Shown in pieces: positions 1 through 13,900 of a stretch of 64,000 nt of DNA. Every line of letters begins with the position of its first letter. Positions within the stretch are counted from its first letter, which is position 1. Below the pieces are notes generated by a model, which saw only the letters and a program-made list of their open reading frames with translations, did no database searches and was not told the DNA's origin. The DNA comes from Octopus vulgaris (Eukaryota), in NCBI GenBank assembly GCA_951406725.2, contig OX597815.1:97588001-97652000 (forward strand), in the 5' to 3' direction. The position numbers and the translations under genes are program-made.

Positions 1-352
1 GGAGCTCCCCACGTGTTAGTGTCGTTGGTGCGTTGGAAGTCACATTTGGAATGGTGGTAGAAGGGATGGTGAGAACCAACTGTAGGGTGGAAGCGGTGTT
101 GGTAAATTTGGTTGTCCATGGTGGTGAATGCTTTGGTAAAAGTTATAGCGGGTGATGTTGTTGTCTACATCAGGGTAGTCGGCAATAGCAAGATTGGTAG
201 ATGTCGTGGTAGCATTAGTTGATGGCGCTAGTTGTGTATATTCTTGCAGAAGTCTTAGGGAAGGTGGTAGATGGCAATCAGCAACAAATTTTGCGCGAAG
301 CAGCCGGAAGTGACAGCAGAGGGGGTGCGATGCCGGAAAATGCAACAATCTT

Positions 353-355
<3 letters not shown>

Positions 356-449
<94 letters not shown>

Positions 450-454
450 GTATG

Positions 455-515
<61 letters not shown>
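356..515. repeat. (TA)n microsatellite, representative of many in the window (e.g. 751-815, 21108-21240, 25931-26180, 41015-41158, 52145-52240)
   Basis: Directly visible; source of the YIYI... pseudo-ORFs. Confidence 0.99.
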
Positions 516-516
<1 letters not shown>

Positions 517-747
517 ACCAAGAAAAAAGCAACAAGAATGGATTAGTAGTTTAGTACAATTGTTTCATACTAAGAGCAATTTTATTTGAAGCTGCAAATA
601 TTGCAGCAAATACAAATGCTTTTTTCTTGGTTATAATCACCTCACATTATGTTATGGTTAACACCATAAAGAATTCTGGTGCATCTAAGTTAAGTACCAT
701 ATTTATTTGAATTCATTGCAATTCACTTGAATCTTAATTGTTTTTGC

Positions 748-814
<67 letters not shown>

Positions 815-986
815 ATACATATATAATTGTGGTCAAAACTTTGAGACGTAGGTCTTAAAATTAGAATTTTTATATTAAATGCCAAATATATAAGTTGCAT
901 ATATTGAAATCGAACCGTACTTGGACATAAGAATTTTAATGTTTGGAAATATATTTCAAACTTTTGGCCACAACTCTCCCTCTCTC

Positions 987-1037
<51 letters not shown>

Positions 1038-1630
1038 ATCTTGAAATTCTAGAACTTCAAGGTGTCAATTAGCTACACTCACCGTAACAGATGTATTGTA
1101 CTTAGCGAGACCTATATTGTTTGCCTTAGTCACTAAAAAAGGATGTTATTCACAGTCTTTTAGAATATTCTTTTAGATATTTTTCTAAAAATGTAATGGA
1201 CAAAACACAAAGATAACTTTGTTATTGCAAAGTGGCTCACATTATCTGTTTTGTCACAAGCAGATGCTTTATTTTACTGAAACTTGCATAATACTGTCGA
1301 TTTAATACATATTTTTTACTATCTTCAACCGTTATTTTCTGTCTTGTCTTGTTTTTCAGTCTCATCACGAGTAGTTTGTTTTTTGCATATTAGTCACCGT
1401 TATTTCTGCCAACAAATTTTTTTCATAAACATATAGAAATATTTTATTGATTTCATGATATTTCTTCCCATTTTCAGACGATATTTTTAATTTTTGTATC
1501 ATTTTTATGATTTCGGATATGTTATTAGTGGAAATAGGCTTAAATATATGTGAGTAAATTGCATAGATACTATACATGCCCATGCGCAATCCGACCCATG
1601 CACACACACATATGTATGCCTAACATATAA

Positions 1631-1664
<34 letters not shown>

Positions 1665-1669
<5 letters not shown>

Positions 1670-1857
1670 GAATTTACAAAAAATCAAAAGACGAAATCGA
1701 GTGTGTAAACAACAAACAGATGTATTACTTTAACGCTCGGGAAGTGAGAACGTCTTTTACGTTTCCGCCTACCCTCTTCGACAGAAAGGAACGCAGAAAT
1801 AAACAGGGGGAGAAAATAGAAAAAGGTTTAGTGTCTAGGGATCTATCATGGTGATCT

Positions 1858-1860
<3 letters not shown>
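1665..1860 (-). mobile_element. Short Penelope-like remnant with hammerhead-like motif; second copy at ~38270-38440
   Basis: Shares aaaagacgaa...aacaacaa.ca..tgtatta.tttaacgctc.ggaa...gtttc..cctac.ctcttc.acagaaagga with 38285-38400. Flanked by (TA)n. Confidence 0.6.
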
Positions 1861-1912
<52 letters not shown>

Positions 1913-1984
1913 TACATGTGTTTGTATGATTCATTCTATATATATGCAAATACATAAATATTTATATATGTGTATGTGCACACG

Positions 1985-2016
<32 letters not shown>

Positions 2017-3534
2017 GAAATAACGATAATTAAAAAGGACACCAAAAACGCGAAGTAGTATAGAGCATCATGCTCAATGCTATTCATGCATTGGATGAAC
2101 TTTCGTTGACTAAATCTTATAGCTGACACCGAGAAGTATCTATAAAATGTTGAACCGTTTAACTTTATCAAATGGGAGAGCGGCCATCAGCAAACATTTC
2201 CATGTAAATCTCTGACCTAGCAAATTCTACAGATGTTAAATATGTTAGATGTACCCATGATCAATATTTATGTAATATACAGTATTTTCAAAACATTCGT
2301 GTTGAATATTTGTATATCGTTTTCTGGGTATATATTATTGCATTACCCGTCTAGTTAACATAGAAGAATAGCATTCATCTAGTGCTTCCTGTGGTCATCA
2401 TATTTCGATTGTAAGTAGAAGTTGCTACTGAGGGTGAGAAGTAGAGTTTGGTTTCGACTGAGATTATGCTGTGGGAGCTTCAGAATTTGATTTTCCTTTG
2501 TGGGAAAAGCAATTTTGCTTTGTAGTGTTTAAGGATTCTATTTGTGTCCAGGTCATCAAGAAAGAGATATCTATATCATCATCAAGAAACGAATATAGAT
2601 TGTTTACTAGTGTTATTTTTGTTTTTGTTTTATGACTTATGATTTATCAATATCTTTTCCCAAATGTAGACTCTTGGTTCATGTTTTGTTTTCTCTATCT
2701 TGATGTGGTGTTTGTATTTGGCGTAATATCAATTTCTTCAAGAATATCTTTGAAAATATTTCGTATTCTGCTGTTATTTCGTAAAGTTATATATTTTTCT
2801 GTATAAGGCAGAATTTTGCATTTAGCTTTGTTGCATTGACTTAAATATAAACTTAATTATAACTACTACAGGATTTTAAAAGAGGCCTTTTAATCATGTT
2901 GATTTTGTGCATATCATATGAATTTATGGAAGTTTCTTTCAACTCCAAAGTCAGAATATTCATCACCAACATTTCTTGAACTTCTTATGCACATTTTCAA
3001 AAGGAAGTCATTTTGGAGGGTTTTATATACTAGAGGAGGTCAATGTGTCTGGTGTAGACGTCTACATTAAAAAATGAGTTGTAGCTGTCAGATGTATATA
3101 CTATCTGTTGGGTGCATATTTGGTTTTTGTTTTTGACATGTATATGTTGCCTGCGTGTTTGATTTAGCGTAATATTTTGCTGATTTTCGTTTCTGTTCAT
3201 TACTTTATTATTTCCTTCTTTTTAAAACAAATTTGTAGAGTAGGCTGGTCTTTTTCACTACTTTTCCCCAACTAGTTAACGTTTGTGATATGTAGTGTAA
3301 TATATTACAAATGATCGTTGTCATATGGCTCAAATGAGCTCTGTTTTAAAGCAAAGTGCTCATGATTTCTCGCGTTAATAAAATGAACATTTTCATTTAG
3401 CCCTCAAAGTTTCAGTACAATATTTAACTACCTATTTACTTCTTGTGAGCTAATAATTTCTAATACATATATACATACATACATATATATACATACATAC
3501 ATATATACATAGATACATACATATATATATATAT

Positions 3535-3920
3535 TATCTTTTACTTGTTCCAGTCCTTAGGCTGCGGCCATGTTGGTCCACCGCCTTGAAGAAATTGTTT
3601 TTAGTTCAATAAATAGCCTCCGGTACATTTTTAAAATTTATCACTTATTCTATCATCACTTTTGCCGAACGCCTAAGTTAAGGGGACGTAAATAAACCAA
3701 CACAGGTTGTCAAGCAGTGATGGAAGATAAAAGCAGAAAAAAGCACACAAACACACATACAACACACACACACACACACACACAGTTTTCGTCTACCAAA
3801 TCCACTCACAAGGCTTTGATTGGTTCAAGCTTAAGAGAGAAGTCGCCTGACCAAAGTGTCAAGCAGTGAGATGAGAATGAACTCGGAACAATATGGTTAG
3901 CAATCAAATTTCTTATCAGT
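3535..3920 (-). mobile_element. tRNA-derived SINE, family A
   Basis: Reverse complement of the 6851 element (ttttcgtctaccaaatccactcacaaggc; ggggacgtaaataaaccaaca; ttgtcaagc). Confidence 0.8.
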
Positions 3921-6449
3921 CACTTGTATGTGTGTATGTATGTATGTATATATGTGTGTACGTACGTATGTATGTATGTATGTATGTATGTATGTATGTA
4001 TGTATGTATGTATGTATGTATGTATGTTACTTAATATTTTTTGTGCAGTACATATTTACATAATAGTAATGATAACGTTTTATTAATTGTATACACTGCC
4101 CAAATGAACTACAACTCAGACAGAAAAAGTAGCCAAATGTGCATGCAAAGTACTTCAGAGACACATATACGCATGAAATGTATGTATGCACACACAGAGA
4201 ATCACACACACAATCATGCCCGCACATACATACACAAACACGCATCTCTTTTTAATTCATAGGTATGGGGGAGGGGGCAGTGCAATGTTTTTGCGTGAAC
4301 TTGTTTACACACAAACATACACACACATTTCCACCTGCCTACAGACCCGAAAAGCCCACGCACAGATCACATACACAGATACACTCTATGAACAAATTTG
4401 CAAACCTCCGCTTGCATATATTAGTGTACATTTGATCATGGTAATGTATGTATTTGTTTCTTTAATTGTATATCTGGCTCTCTATCTGTGTATATATGCA
4501 CATCTATGTATCTGCAGGTGTGTTTTGGTTGTGTTTCCGTGGTAAAGATCATATGAAACCTGAAAATCCATTTACGTTTATGTTGATTCTCAAAAGAAAA
4601 TATATTTAACAGATCTTCAAAGTGCAACATTTAAATTAAATAAATAATTCAGACACAATATTTTCATACGGCAGACGTTGTTAATCCTGATCGCTCTATA
4701 AATGTCGATAGATCTTCAAACTAAAGGTTATTTTATAGACATGAATTCTCATAAAATGAGGTATTATTTTAAAACTAATACCCAAGTGGTGTGCTACACA
4801 TTTATATATTCGATAATCAACCAGCTGAATCATGTATCGTAAATTCAACTCAGAACTGAATCGGCTACATTAAATTAATTTGTTTTTATTTTTTTATTGT
4901 TATTTTGTAAGGTTGATATAAAATGTCTAATACAGGTTTAACACATTTAATAATATATAAATTTTAATCATATATAATAATGAAAAACAGTCAGCCATTT
5001 CTAATAAAATTTAGAATCAATTCATAAAACTCAGAACTATGAAACTTTCAGAGATCAAGAATTAAAATTAATTAATCAGCAATTTTTACTGAATATATCT
5101 AATGGTTGACTTGAGTCAACGATAGAATGTCTTTCCAATTGCCTGACCAGACAGAAATAATAGCCAAATACATCACGTCTTCTTTGTCTTCAAATGATAA
5201 ACTGAAAAATGATGCAGTTCAGGGTTACCAAACGAGCAAAAAGAATAGAATAATTATAACCTGACTGTACTTAATCTGAAGTCTTCCTTTATCAAAGCCG
5301 AATAGGAAATGAAATACTGCAACAACAAATGTTGATGTAATGGAAATAAATCTAATTTTCAAATCGTGAAAATGAAACATGCGCATAATCAATTAAATTT
5401 CCGCAACCAGTTTTGACTTAGGTAAAATAGTCAAGTGCAAGTGTGAAAGAAGTAGAAACATTGCATAACTTAGTTCTATAAGAATTTCTATCATAAAGTA
5501 TGAAATCATAAAACAAGAGGGTTGAATATAGTCGATTAAAATTGACACAGTATTTGACTGGTCCTTTAATTTATCGAACAATGAAGAATGAAAGTTAAAC
5601 ACTGTATATAAAGTTACATTATTAAATACTGGAAGGCATTTTTACTGTCACTCAATGACTCCTGCCTCTTCATTAGCTTTGGGTTGTTACAACAACGAAA
5701 TTCTGTATATTTGTTTGAAAACATCTATTTATAATTACTGATATTATTACCGTCATTACTAGTAGTCATAATCATGTCTTATATATGTACAAGATCTCCA
5801 AATTAATGAGAGTTTATATGAAAACAATAAAATTACTTCACTGTTATTTATGTCATTATATTCGCTATGAAAAAAGACGAGCGTCTCCATGGAAATTTTA
5901 AACACAAAATATATAGATATATAACTAAAAAGAACTGAAGGACTTTTTTTTACTGTTGCTTTAAAGAGAACATCAGCAAATATTCTTAAAGTGATAAAGA
6001 TATTTATGAAGGGTAGACATATAAAACTAAAAACTTATTACTGAGACAAATAAGCAAATCCAGTCTGATTGCGGCAACAGAAGCATCAACATTTACTGAA
6101 AGAAGAGTGTATCATAACACTTTGAAAGAACTATCCAATATTATATATGGTAAATGTTGTATGTATAGTTGAAATCTCTGAAGCAACACTATATGGAATG
6201 AGGATGTTCTGCACTTAATTCGATTAAATATACTTAGAGACATATTAATATGACAAATCTTTTAAACTTAAGTCTAGCCACTCAGTTTCATCCATTTCAA
6301 GAAAGAAATATCTGCCACTTATATGAACCCTAACGTGACTTAGAAAATAATATTGACAAAATACTACGGAACTTTATATAGAGAAACCGGGAAATAGTAC
6401 ATGATAACTTTTAGACAATATGAATTGTCTATAATGTGCAGAATCTTAA

Positions 6450-6514
6450 GATTATAAGTGATATCATCTACCTTGCAATCTACGATTGCAAGGTAGATGA
6501 TATCACTTATAATC
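6450..6514. repeat. Perfect hairpin: 31-bp arms with a 3-nt loop
   Basis: gattataagtgatatcatctaccttgcaatc-tac-gattgcaaggtagatgatatcacttataatc. Confidence 0.97.
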
Positions 6515-6850
6515 CCCCGCGCATTCGGAACCCAACCATCAATCAGATGCTATTATCACAGTGAAATCTTTCCATCATCCTATTTATAATTTTATCAGTA
6601 GAATGATATTTGAAGAACTTGAGATGTTAACCGTCAATATAGGCAAAAGTTGGTTCTAGAAAATAGCAGTGCTACTACCTGCAAATAGTATTAATGCATT
6701 GTTACATAGAATGTTTTATACATTCTTCTTTCTAGATATGATGTGTTTATCAAACTACGCACATTAAAGGTGAAATTTCTTCTTAAATCCACACAAGATT
6801 AAAAATATAGTGAAGTGTTAGCAATTAAATCAAACACTTATAGGGTCACA

Positions 6851-7205
6851 GGCGTGGCTGTGTGGTAAGAATCTTGCCTCCCAACCACATAAGTTCCGAG
6901 TTCAGTCCCACAACGATCAATGCCTTGTGAGTGGATTTGGTAAACGGTAACTGAAAGAAGCTCATCGTATATGTGTGTGTTTGTGTGTGTGTGTTTGTAC
7001 CTGTCTACCCTCCACTACCGCTTGACAACCGATATTGTTTTGTTTACGTCCCCGTAACTTGGCGATTCTGCAAACGGGACCGATAGGATAAATACCAGCC
7101 TTTAAGAAATCTAAGTCTTGGGATGGATTTGTTCGACTATAAACCATTCAAGACAGTGCTCCAGTATGGTGGTAGTCAAAGGGTAAAAACAAGCAAAAGA
7201 TAAAA
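6851..7205 (+). mobile_element. tRNA-derived SINE, family A
   Basis: A-box tggctgtgtggt and B-box gagttcagtccc; body gccttgtgagtggatttggta..aactgaaagaagc, internal GT tract, cttgacaaccgat, A-rich tail. Related copies elsewhere in the window. Confidence 0.88.
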
Positions 7206-7470
7206 GATAAAAAAAGTAAACGGATATTTGACGTCAGAAATATTTCAACTCATGCATATAGAGCCGAAAATTAAATAATAGGAATTTTGACCGATGCATA
7301 ATGCTTTGTCCAATAATAATGAGATAGCAACAGCAATCTTATATCTTTATCTGTCTTCATCCAATATTGGAGACCAAAACCAAATTATAAAATGTCGTTT
7401 TTTACCATCTTATAATAAACACATTATTACTCTGAAAGTATTATTAATGATTGTTCTCATTGTCTTATAG

Positions 7471-7668
7471 GAACCTCCCTATGCCATGCTAAAGGAAGAA
7501 GAGAGTGGCAAGAAAACTTATCAAGGATTTGCAATCGATTTACTACGAGAAATTGCACTGAAACTGAAATTTAACTACACAGTTTATATTGTTAAAGATG
7601 GCACATACGGTGCACCAAATGATAAAACAGGTGATTGGAATGGGATGGTGAGAGAACTTATCGAAAAG
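7471..7668 (+). CDS. Internal exon of a kainate-like ionotropic glutamate receptor, S1 ligand-binding segment part 1
   Basis: Acceptor ttctcattgtcttatag| and donor |gtatgt; 198 nt, phase 0/0. Translates EPPYAMLKEEESGKKTYQGFAIDLLREIALKLKFNYTVYIVKDGTYGAPNDKTGDWNGMVRELIEK, matching the iGluR S1 pattern E-PY..., G(Y/F)xIDLL, DGxYG, WNGMVxELI. Confidence 0.96.
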
Positions 7669-7727
7669 GTATGTAAATCAATCGTACAGTTTAATTAATA
7701 TATTTATAGCAGTTTGTCATACACACA

Positions 7728-7782
<55 letters not shown>

Positions 7783-8624
7783 ACATGCACATAAAATCTC
7801 AAAACAAGTACGTATGAATATGGGTCAATCTCAATAGAAAAGTGGGTGCATGAATCTTAAATGCAATTTCCTACTCGTGACCAAATATAAATAAAAATAC
7901 CAACATAATCTCTGACATATGATGTCATAAATCTGTTTGTATCTATACTAAAAAACTGAATAGTGATGAAAATTATTTATCTTTTTCTCTATTGATATTA
8001 AAAGCTACTGTCTTTATCCTTACCATTTCGATTTTTAATATATTCCTTAACCTATTCCGCAATGTTTATAGCTTGATGTGTTGAGCTAAATGTGGAATGA
8101 CTTAGTTCTAGTAATAAAATCTGTGAAATATATATAGATGGATGAGTTGAGGTTAGGTCTAATCTACACTGTAATATGGACATTTGAATGAAGTGAGAGA
8201 ATAAAAGAGAACATGAAGGATGTGTAGGAAGAGCGAACGAATTAAGAATAGAAAAAGTAAGGTGGAAAAAATTGTTCCATGAATTTGAAACCAATGAGAT
8301 AGAGGTAAAATAAAAGGACAAAGAAGAAAGGAACGAAGGAAAGAAGAAAGGAAAGAAGGAAGGAAGATATAAAATCATTCAGGTAAATGCTGAGGGCATA
8401 CAAGTTACAAGAAACAACAGCAGTCAAATATGAAGAAAAAGACAAACTATTTCGGTTATTTAAAACTGCTTTACGTCATTATATTTGAAAGGAAAAAGAG
8501 AATTTAATTATAAATATGCATCAATCTCACATTGAACTCAAATTCGTTTCACCACATTACTAAAAATCTTGAAGATATATTTAGTGGGTGTTCAGGCATC
8601 ATAAACTATAAGCTGATGATTAAA

Positions 8625-8760
8625 GAGAAGAAGAAATAGTAGAAGAAGAAGGAGGAGGAGGAGGAGGAGGAGAAGAAGAAGAAGAAGAAGAAGAAGAAGA
8701 AGAAGAAGAAGAAGAAGAAGAAGAACAACAACAACAACAACAACAGAAGCAATAATAACA
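8625..8760. repeat. Compound (GAA/GAG/CAA)n trinucleotide microsatellite
   Basis: Directly visible. Confidence 0.95.
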
Positions 8761-9319
8761 AACACAAAATTAAAAAAGAGAGTCGTTGGAAGAGATAAGG
8801 GTTCATACGAAGCAGACTATGCTGAAAGATCTCTGGTTCAGTAACTGTTTGCATAATAATTATTGGAAACCATAAACAAATATCAGCAATGTTTATGAAG
8901 CGTCGTCATGCGTGAATTGAGAGGAAAAGAGCAGTATTTATGTACATATGTAAAAGTAATTTTTATTATACCTAAACGCACAATACCTATTTTATCACAC
9001 AGAAACATGAAAGCCAAAGTCAACCTAGTGACAATTTTAGTTCAGAACTAAATGAGCTAGGGAAAGTAGCACTAAATATTTTGTACAATGCGCTCACAGC
9101 TCTGCCAGATTGCTGCCTTGTCTGTTCTGTATATAAATTTATAAGCAGACGGATAAACAGTACAAAAGCAAATAAAGGGCCTCCTTTCATCAGTTTTCCT
9201 GTCCGTTTTTGTATCGTCTATCCGTCCGGATGTTTTATTGTCCTCTGTTGCGTTTTTGTTCCAATTTTTATATCTATATACTCATATAGCAGCGTAACAC
9301 ACTTTTGCTCAACTTGTAA

Positions 9320-9370
<51 letters not shown>

Positions 9371-9814
9371 GAGAGAGAGAGAGAATGCGAGAGTGGGAGG
9401 AACGAAAAATCGAAATGCAGGGAAAATAGATTCTTGATTTGTTAAGTTTCTCCATCTCTGGAGCATGGACCATAATTACCGAATGACAAATAAGATCCAA
9501 TAGAAGGGGAGATGACCTTAAAATTTAAGAATTTCTTCGAAGTTAATTCGTCATTTTACTTAATGGCATATCAGTTTTGGAGATTCCTTGAAGCTTAAGA
9601 TTATCTCCCCTTCTGATTTTGATAGACCATTATTTCATGTTGTAAGGTATTTGAAGTAAATGCATTTATCTATGTTCTTCAAATGTCACTGGCCGCTCTA
9701 AGTTATCTCTCTTATTTTTGTTTATGGGTGTGTGCGTTTGTGTGTGTGTGTATGTGTGTGTACGCACACACACACTCACATATCTGTATTCATATATATA
9801 CTTATAAAACTTAT

Positions 9815-10160
9815 AAATCGGGAGATCGTGGGTTCGATTCCATAACGAACTAGCAGCGCAATGTGTTCTTGAACAAAACACTTCATTTCACGTTGCCCCA
9901 GGAGACTCAGCTGTTAATGGGTAATCCTCTTACGAACTAGTTTTGCGACCAAGGAGAATGTGGGCTTGCTCCCCTTTCCAGCAGAGTGGTAACATTCGAC
10001 AGCTGAAACGATGTAAAGCGCATTGTGACCAGTAATGCATAACACCATCCCATATCCAAGACGGAGGCCCCCAGTTACAGACTTGAACATTTGTTGAGAG
10101 ATATCCCTCCGAGCAGAAAAACAATGGTAGTCTGGTTACCTCACGAATAAAGAATATTTA
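9815..10160 (+). mobile_element. tRNA-derived SINE with a CORE-like central domain
   Basis: B-box gggttcgattcc followed by gtgttcttgaacaaaacacttcatttcacgttgccccag..actcagctgt, shared with 35990-36050 and 41510-41560. Confidence 0.7.
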
Positions 10161-10488
10161 ACCCCTAATGCGTTGTTGAGCACTCATTTTCACTGATCTG
10201 TATTAATGTATACGTACATATACCTATAGGAGTTCATATATTGTGTATGTATGTGTGCGTGTATATATATATATATATATATATATACATACATACATGG
10301 TTTGGGTTTTAACTGCACTTTCTAGCATGTAAAGAGTCCTGTCAAGGTGTTCCTCTCTGTGTATACAAACATTTTATAAACTTTATGTTTTTTAAAAGTA
10401 TGTTATGTCTTATGACTTTTATTTATGCATGCTAACCACTGGTAATAAATTATATTACTTTATTACCCTCATATTTACGATATTAATA

Positions 10489-10574
<86 letters not shown>

Positions 10575-10586
10575 TGTGTGTGTGTT

Positions 10587-10968
10587 GAGCGCAATGGCTC
10601 AGTGGTTAGGACACTGGACTCGCGGTCGTAGGATCGCGGTTTCGATTCCGAGACCGGTCGTTGTGAGTATTTATTGCTCCATGAGGCTAAAGCTCCACGA
10701 AGCTCCGGCAGGGGGTGGGCAGTGTCAAACGCTCCCGTACTCTTTCGCCACAGCTTTCTCTCACTCTTCCTTAGTGTTTATGCTGTACCTGTAATTCAAA
10801 GAGCCAGCCTTGTTACCCTCTGTGTCACGCTGAATCTCCCCGAGAACCACATTAAGGGTGCACGTGTCTTTGGAGTGCTCAGCCACTTGCACGTTAATTT
10901 CACAAGCAAGGTGTTCTGTTGATCGGATCAACTGGAACCCTCTTCGTCATCACCAACGGAGTGCCACG
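10587..10968 (+). mobile_element. tRNA-derived SINE, family C head with tail type 1
   Basis: A-box tggctcagtggtt, gactcgcggtc, B-box gtttcgattcc. The head and ctaaagctccacg..gctccggcag are shared with 31628; the tail (gagaac..gatcaactggaaccc) is shared with 36070-36200. Confidence 0.85.
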
Positions 10969-13900
10969 ATATATATATATATAATCTTTAATTTTTCAAC
11001 GATCGGTTTGGAGGTTTTTCTGCTATATCTTTGTATTTTTGCGTTATAACTTTATTCTCCGCTGCATCTGAAGCTTTTACTATTTTAATCTGTAACGAAT
11101 TTCGAACAACTGACATATCATTTTTCTATGTTTAGTTCGCAAGCAATAGATGTTCTGTTTTTCGGTATTAGCATATATTTAAATGCATCATGGTTGTGTC
11201 TGCTCGGTGACTTGTTGGTGCCAGCTTCTTGAAAGTAAACAGTCTGGGCGTGAATTTAGATTTCGTCTATTTTTAAAATATTGACAAAATGGAATTGAAT
11301 ATATAGACGAATGAAAATAGTTCTACCATCCATATACAGTAATTTTTCTGTAATTTTTCGTCAGACCTTTTATCTCTTCTTGCCTTTCACTTGTGACTTT
11401 GATGTGTATTTAATTACTATCAAATATTCAACAAAAATATTCTGTCTGTCTCTTTCTCTTTCTCCCTCTCTCTCTCATTCTCTCTATCTTATTCTCTCTT
11501 TCTATCCTAATGTATCAATATGATTAATATGTCCACATTATGTATGCGCTTTTAAGGACGAATGGATTTATGGTTGATATGAATATTTCTCTTGTTTTAT
11601 TTAGAAATTACGGGCATGATATATGGGGGCCCTCCTGCATACATACATACATACATACACATACATATAATGTGCGTTTGTGTGTGTATATATATATTTG
11701 TATATGTACATGCATACGAATATTTATGTAAAAACACACGCGCGCATATATATACATGCATGTATGTGTGCGATTGTGTATGTGTGTGTGTGTATGCTTG
11801 ATACCCTCACAATAGAAACAGAATAAGCTTTGGGAGTTAAATGCTAAGATTTTAGTTACTTGCTGAATGTACACTATGCCTAGAGCCAGGCACGGAATAC
11901 TTCATTCCTTCTCTACACTCCGTCGTTAAAAGACGGTAAAATTTACTGCTCACAGCATTCACAGATATCGGAATTCTATGCACGCTCCTTTGGATTTATT
12001 GTTACCAACGCAGTATTTCACCTCTCTGTTCGGATTCTGACTTTTCCGCTATAGCATGAACAGGAATTGGCCTCTGCACTGTAAAGCAGTTTCTAAATCT
12101 ACTCTCTTATTTCTGCAAAGAGATACTTATATATCCAGATTATCTACTTACATCTAGGTCAAATAAGTACTCCAGTATTAAGTGGTTAAGGACCCACAAT
12201 CGAGCAAAAGCGATACGATACAAACTTTTAATATTTCGATTGATATTCCAACGTATTTATTGATTTGCAAAAAATAAATCTGACTCACAGTATCTGTTTT
12301 AGATTCTTCAGTGAATCGGTTATATCTTTTAGGTAAACTGCTTTTATCGACTCCAGTCGGACTACGCAGAAACTACAAGGCATAAATAACATTTGCTTCA
12401 GCTAATAGCTGCTTTAGCCATTTAATCTGTTGTTTTAAAGTTGTTTTAAGCCATGTCACAGAGTAAAAGAAACAACTAAGGTGCTTTATGTCTCACTGTA
12501 ATATTTTGGCATATAAGGAAAGTGCTCCATTCAATAGCAATTCATAATTCAGATAAATAAAGAAATACAAATACGGATAATAATAAAATATATTTAATGT
12601 AATGCTACGAATTTTGGGGGAAGATATCTTCGTTTTATTTGAATAAAACTCAAAGTTACTTTTCTACATCAACTTTATGAATACATGAACGTGTTATTTT
12701 CAAATTTACAAGATACATTATATTGTTTTAATAAATAGCAACCTTTATTATAAGTCTAGGAAAATTAGTATATTGTAAACGTTAGAGATTTAAGGTTGAT
12801 TGCTAGGAGACATTTGAACGCAAGATGAAAACCATGAACGGCAACAAAAAGATGCAACTTAATAATGTTGCAATAGTAACCAACAATGAGACTACAGGAT
12901 GCAGGGTCATGTGTCGTCGAAGAAGTGAATAGAATATTTCTGAGGTGGAGAATTTAATAAAAGCTCACTTGTAGACTAAGAAATTAATGATTATACAGTC
13001 TCGTCATATACCGAGAAGAATAAACTCATATTAAATCAGTAACGCACTTTAAATCTCCATTATGTATTCGCTAATTACAATTTGACGTCATATTCTTTTA
13101 ATCCAATCAGTCACAGACTTAATGTTCATAGGAATGGCTACACATATATATGTTCAAAACTATTACCAAGAATCGCCAACAAATAAAAAATATATCATCG
13201 AGTTAATAAAGACAATGTAAACTAAGGCTAATATCCCTTTATAGTCATTTTCAAAAACATCATTGTTCTGTAGATACTCATTAATTTATCGACAGCGATT
13301 TATTTGTTCTTTTATTTCCAAGTCTGACTAATTTAATTTCGAAAATGATATCATCGTCCACTTCAGAGCAAAATGAATTGTCTTATATTCCAATTTATAT
13401 GGTATTGTTTCCTAATTTATATTAATTTTTTAAAACTTCCTATCAAAATAAAATTTACACTCATGTATATAAATTCCCGTACAATTCATTTATTTCTTAT
13501 GGGCTGCTCCTTTCTTTCTTTCTCTTTTCTCTCGTGTAGAAATGTTAAAGTTAGATAAATGATGTTTATTCTCCATTACAAATGAATATAAAATAATTCA
13601 TCAAACTACCACAAATAATATATGGTTTAAAAAATATACAAAAGAAATGAATTAAGCGAAATCGATTATCAGCTTTACACATCTACAAACATTCACAAGC
13701 AAATACACACACTCGAAATCACATGTATATTCACATGTATGCCTTTAATGCATGCATATAACTATACATGTATGTATGTATTTATGTATGTATGTGCGTA
13801 TGTATGTATGTATGTATGTATGTATGTATGTATGTATGTATGTATGTATGTATGTATGTATGTATGGACTGAAAGCGAGCATTATCAAGTAACCCATTGA

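Noticed and set aside
1-355. GC-richer segment with a Thr/Pro-rich minus-strand ORF
   Set aside because: Probably part of a repeat cut by the window edge; no diagnostic motif.
219-554. ORFs made of YIYI, CVCV, MYVC, IYLS, poly-V or poly-N runs (here and throughout the track)
   Set aside because: These are translations of stop-free microsatellites, with no splice or homology support.
2290-3100. Possible ancient Penelope RT on the minus strand (YIRFLDD near 2575-2600)
   Set aside because: Only one convincing motif; too degenerate to call.
7669-7698. ORF-track extension VCKSIVQFN and start at ATG 7486
   Set aside because: Homology begins at the acceptor (7471) and stops at the gt donor (7669); the extension is intron read-through.
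11860-12470. Possible old CR1-like 3' fragment on the minus strand
   Set aside because: Only faint resemblance; no intact motif.
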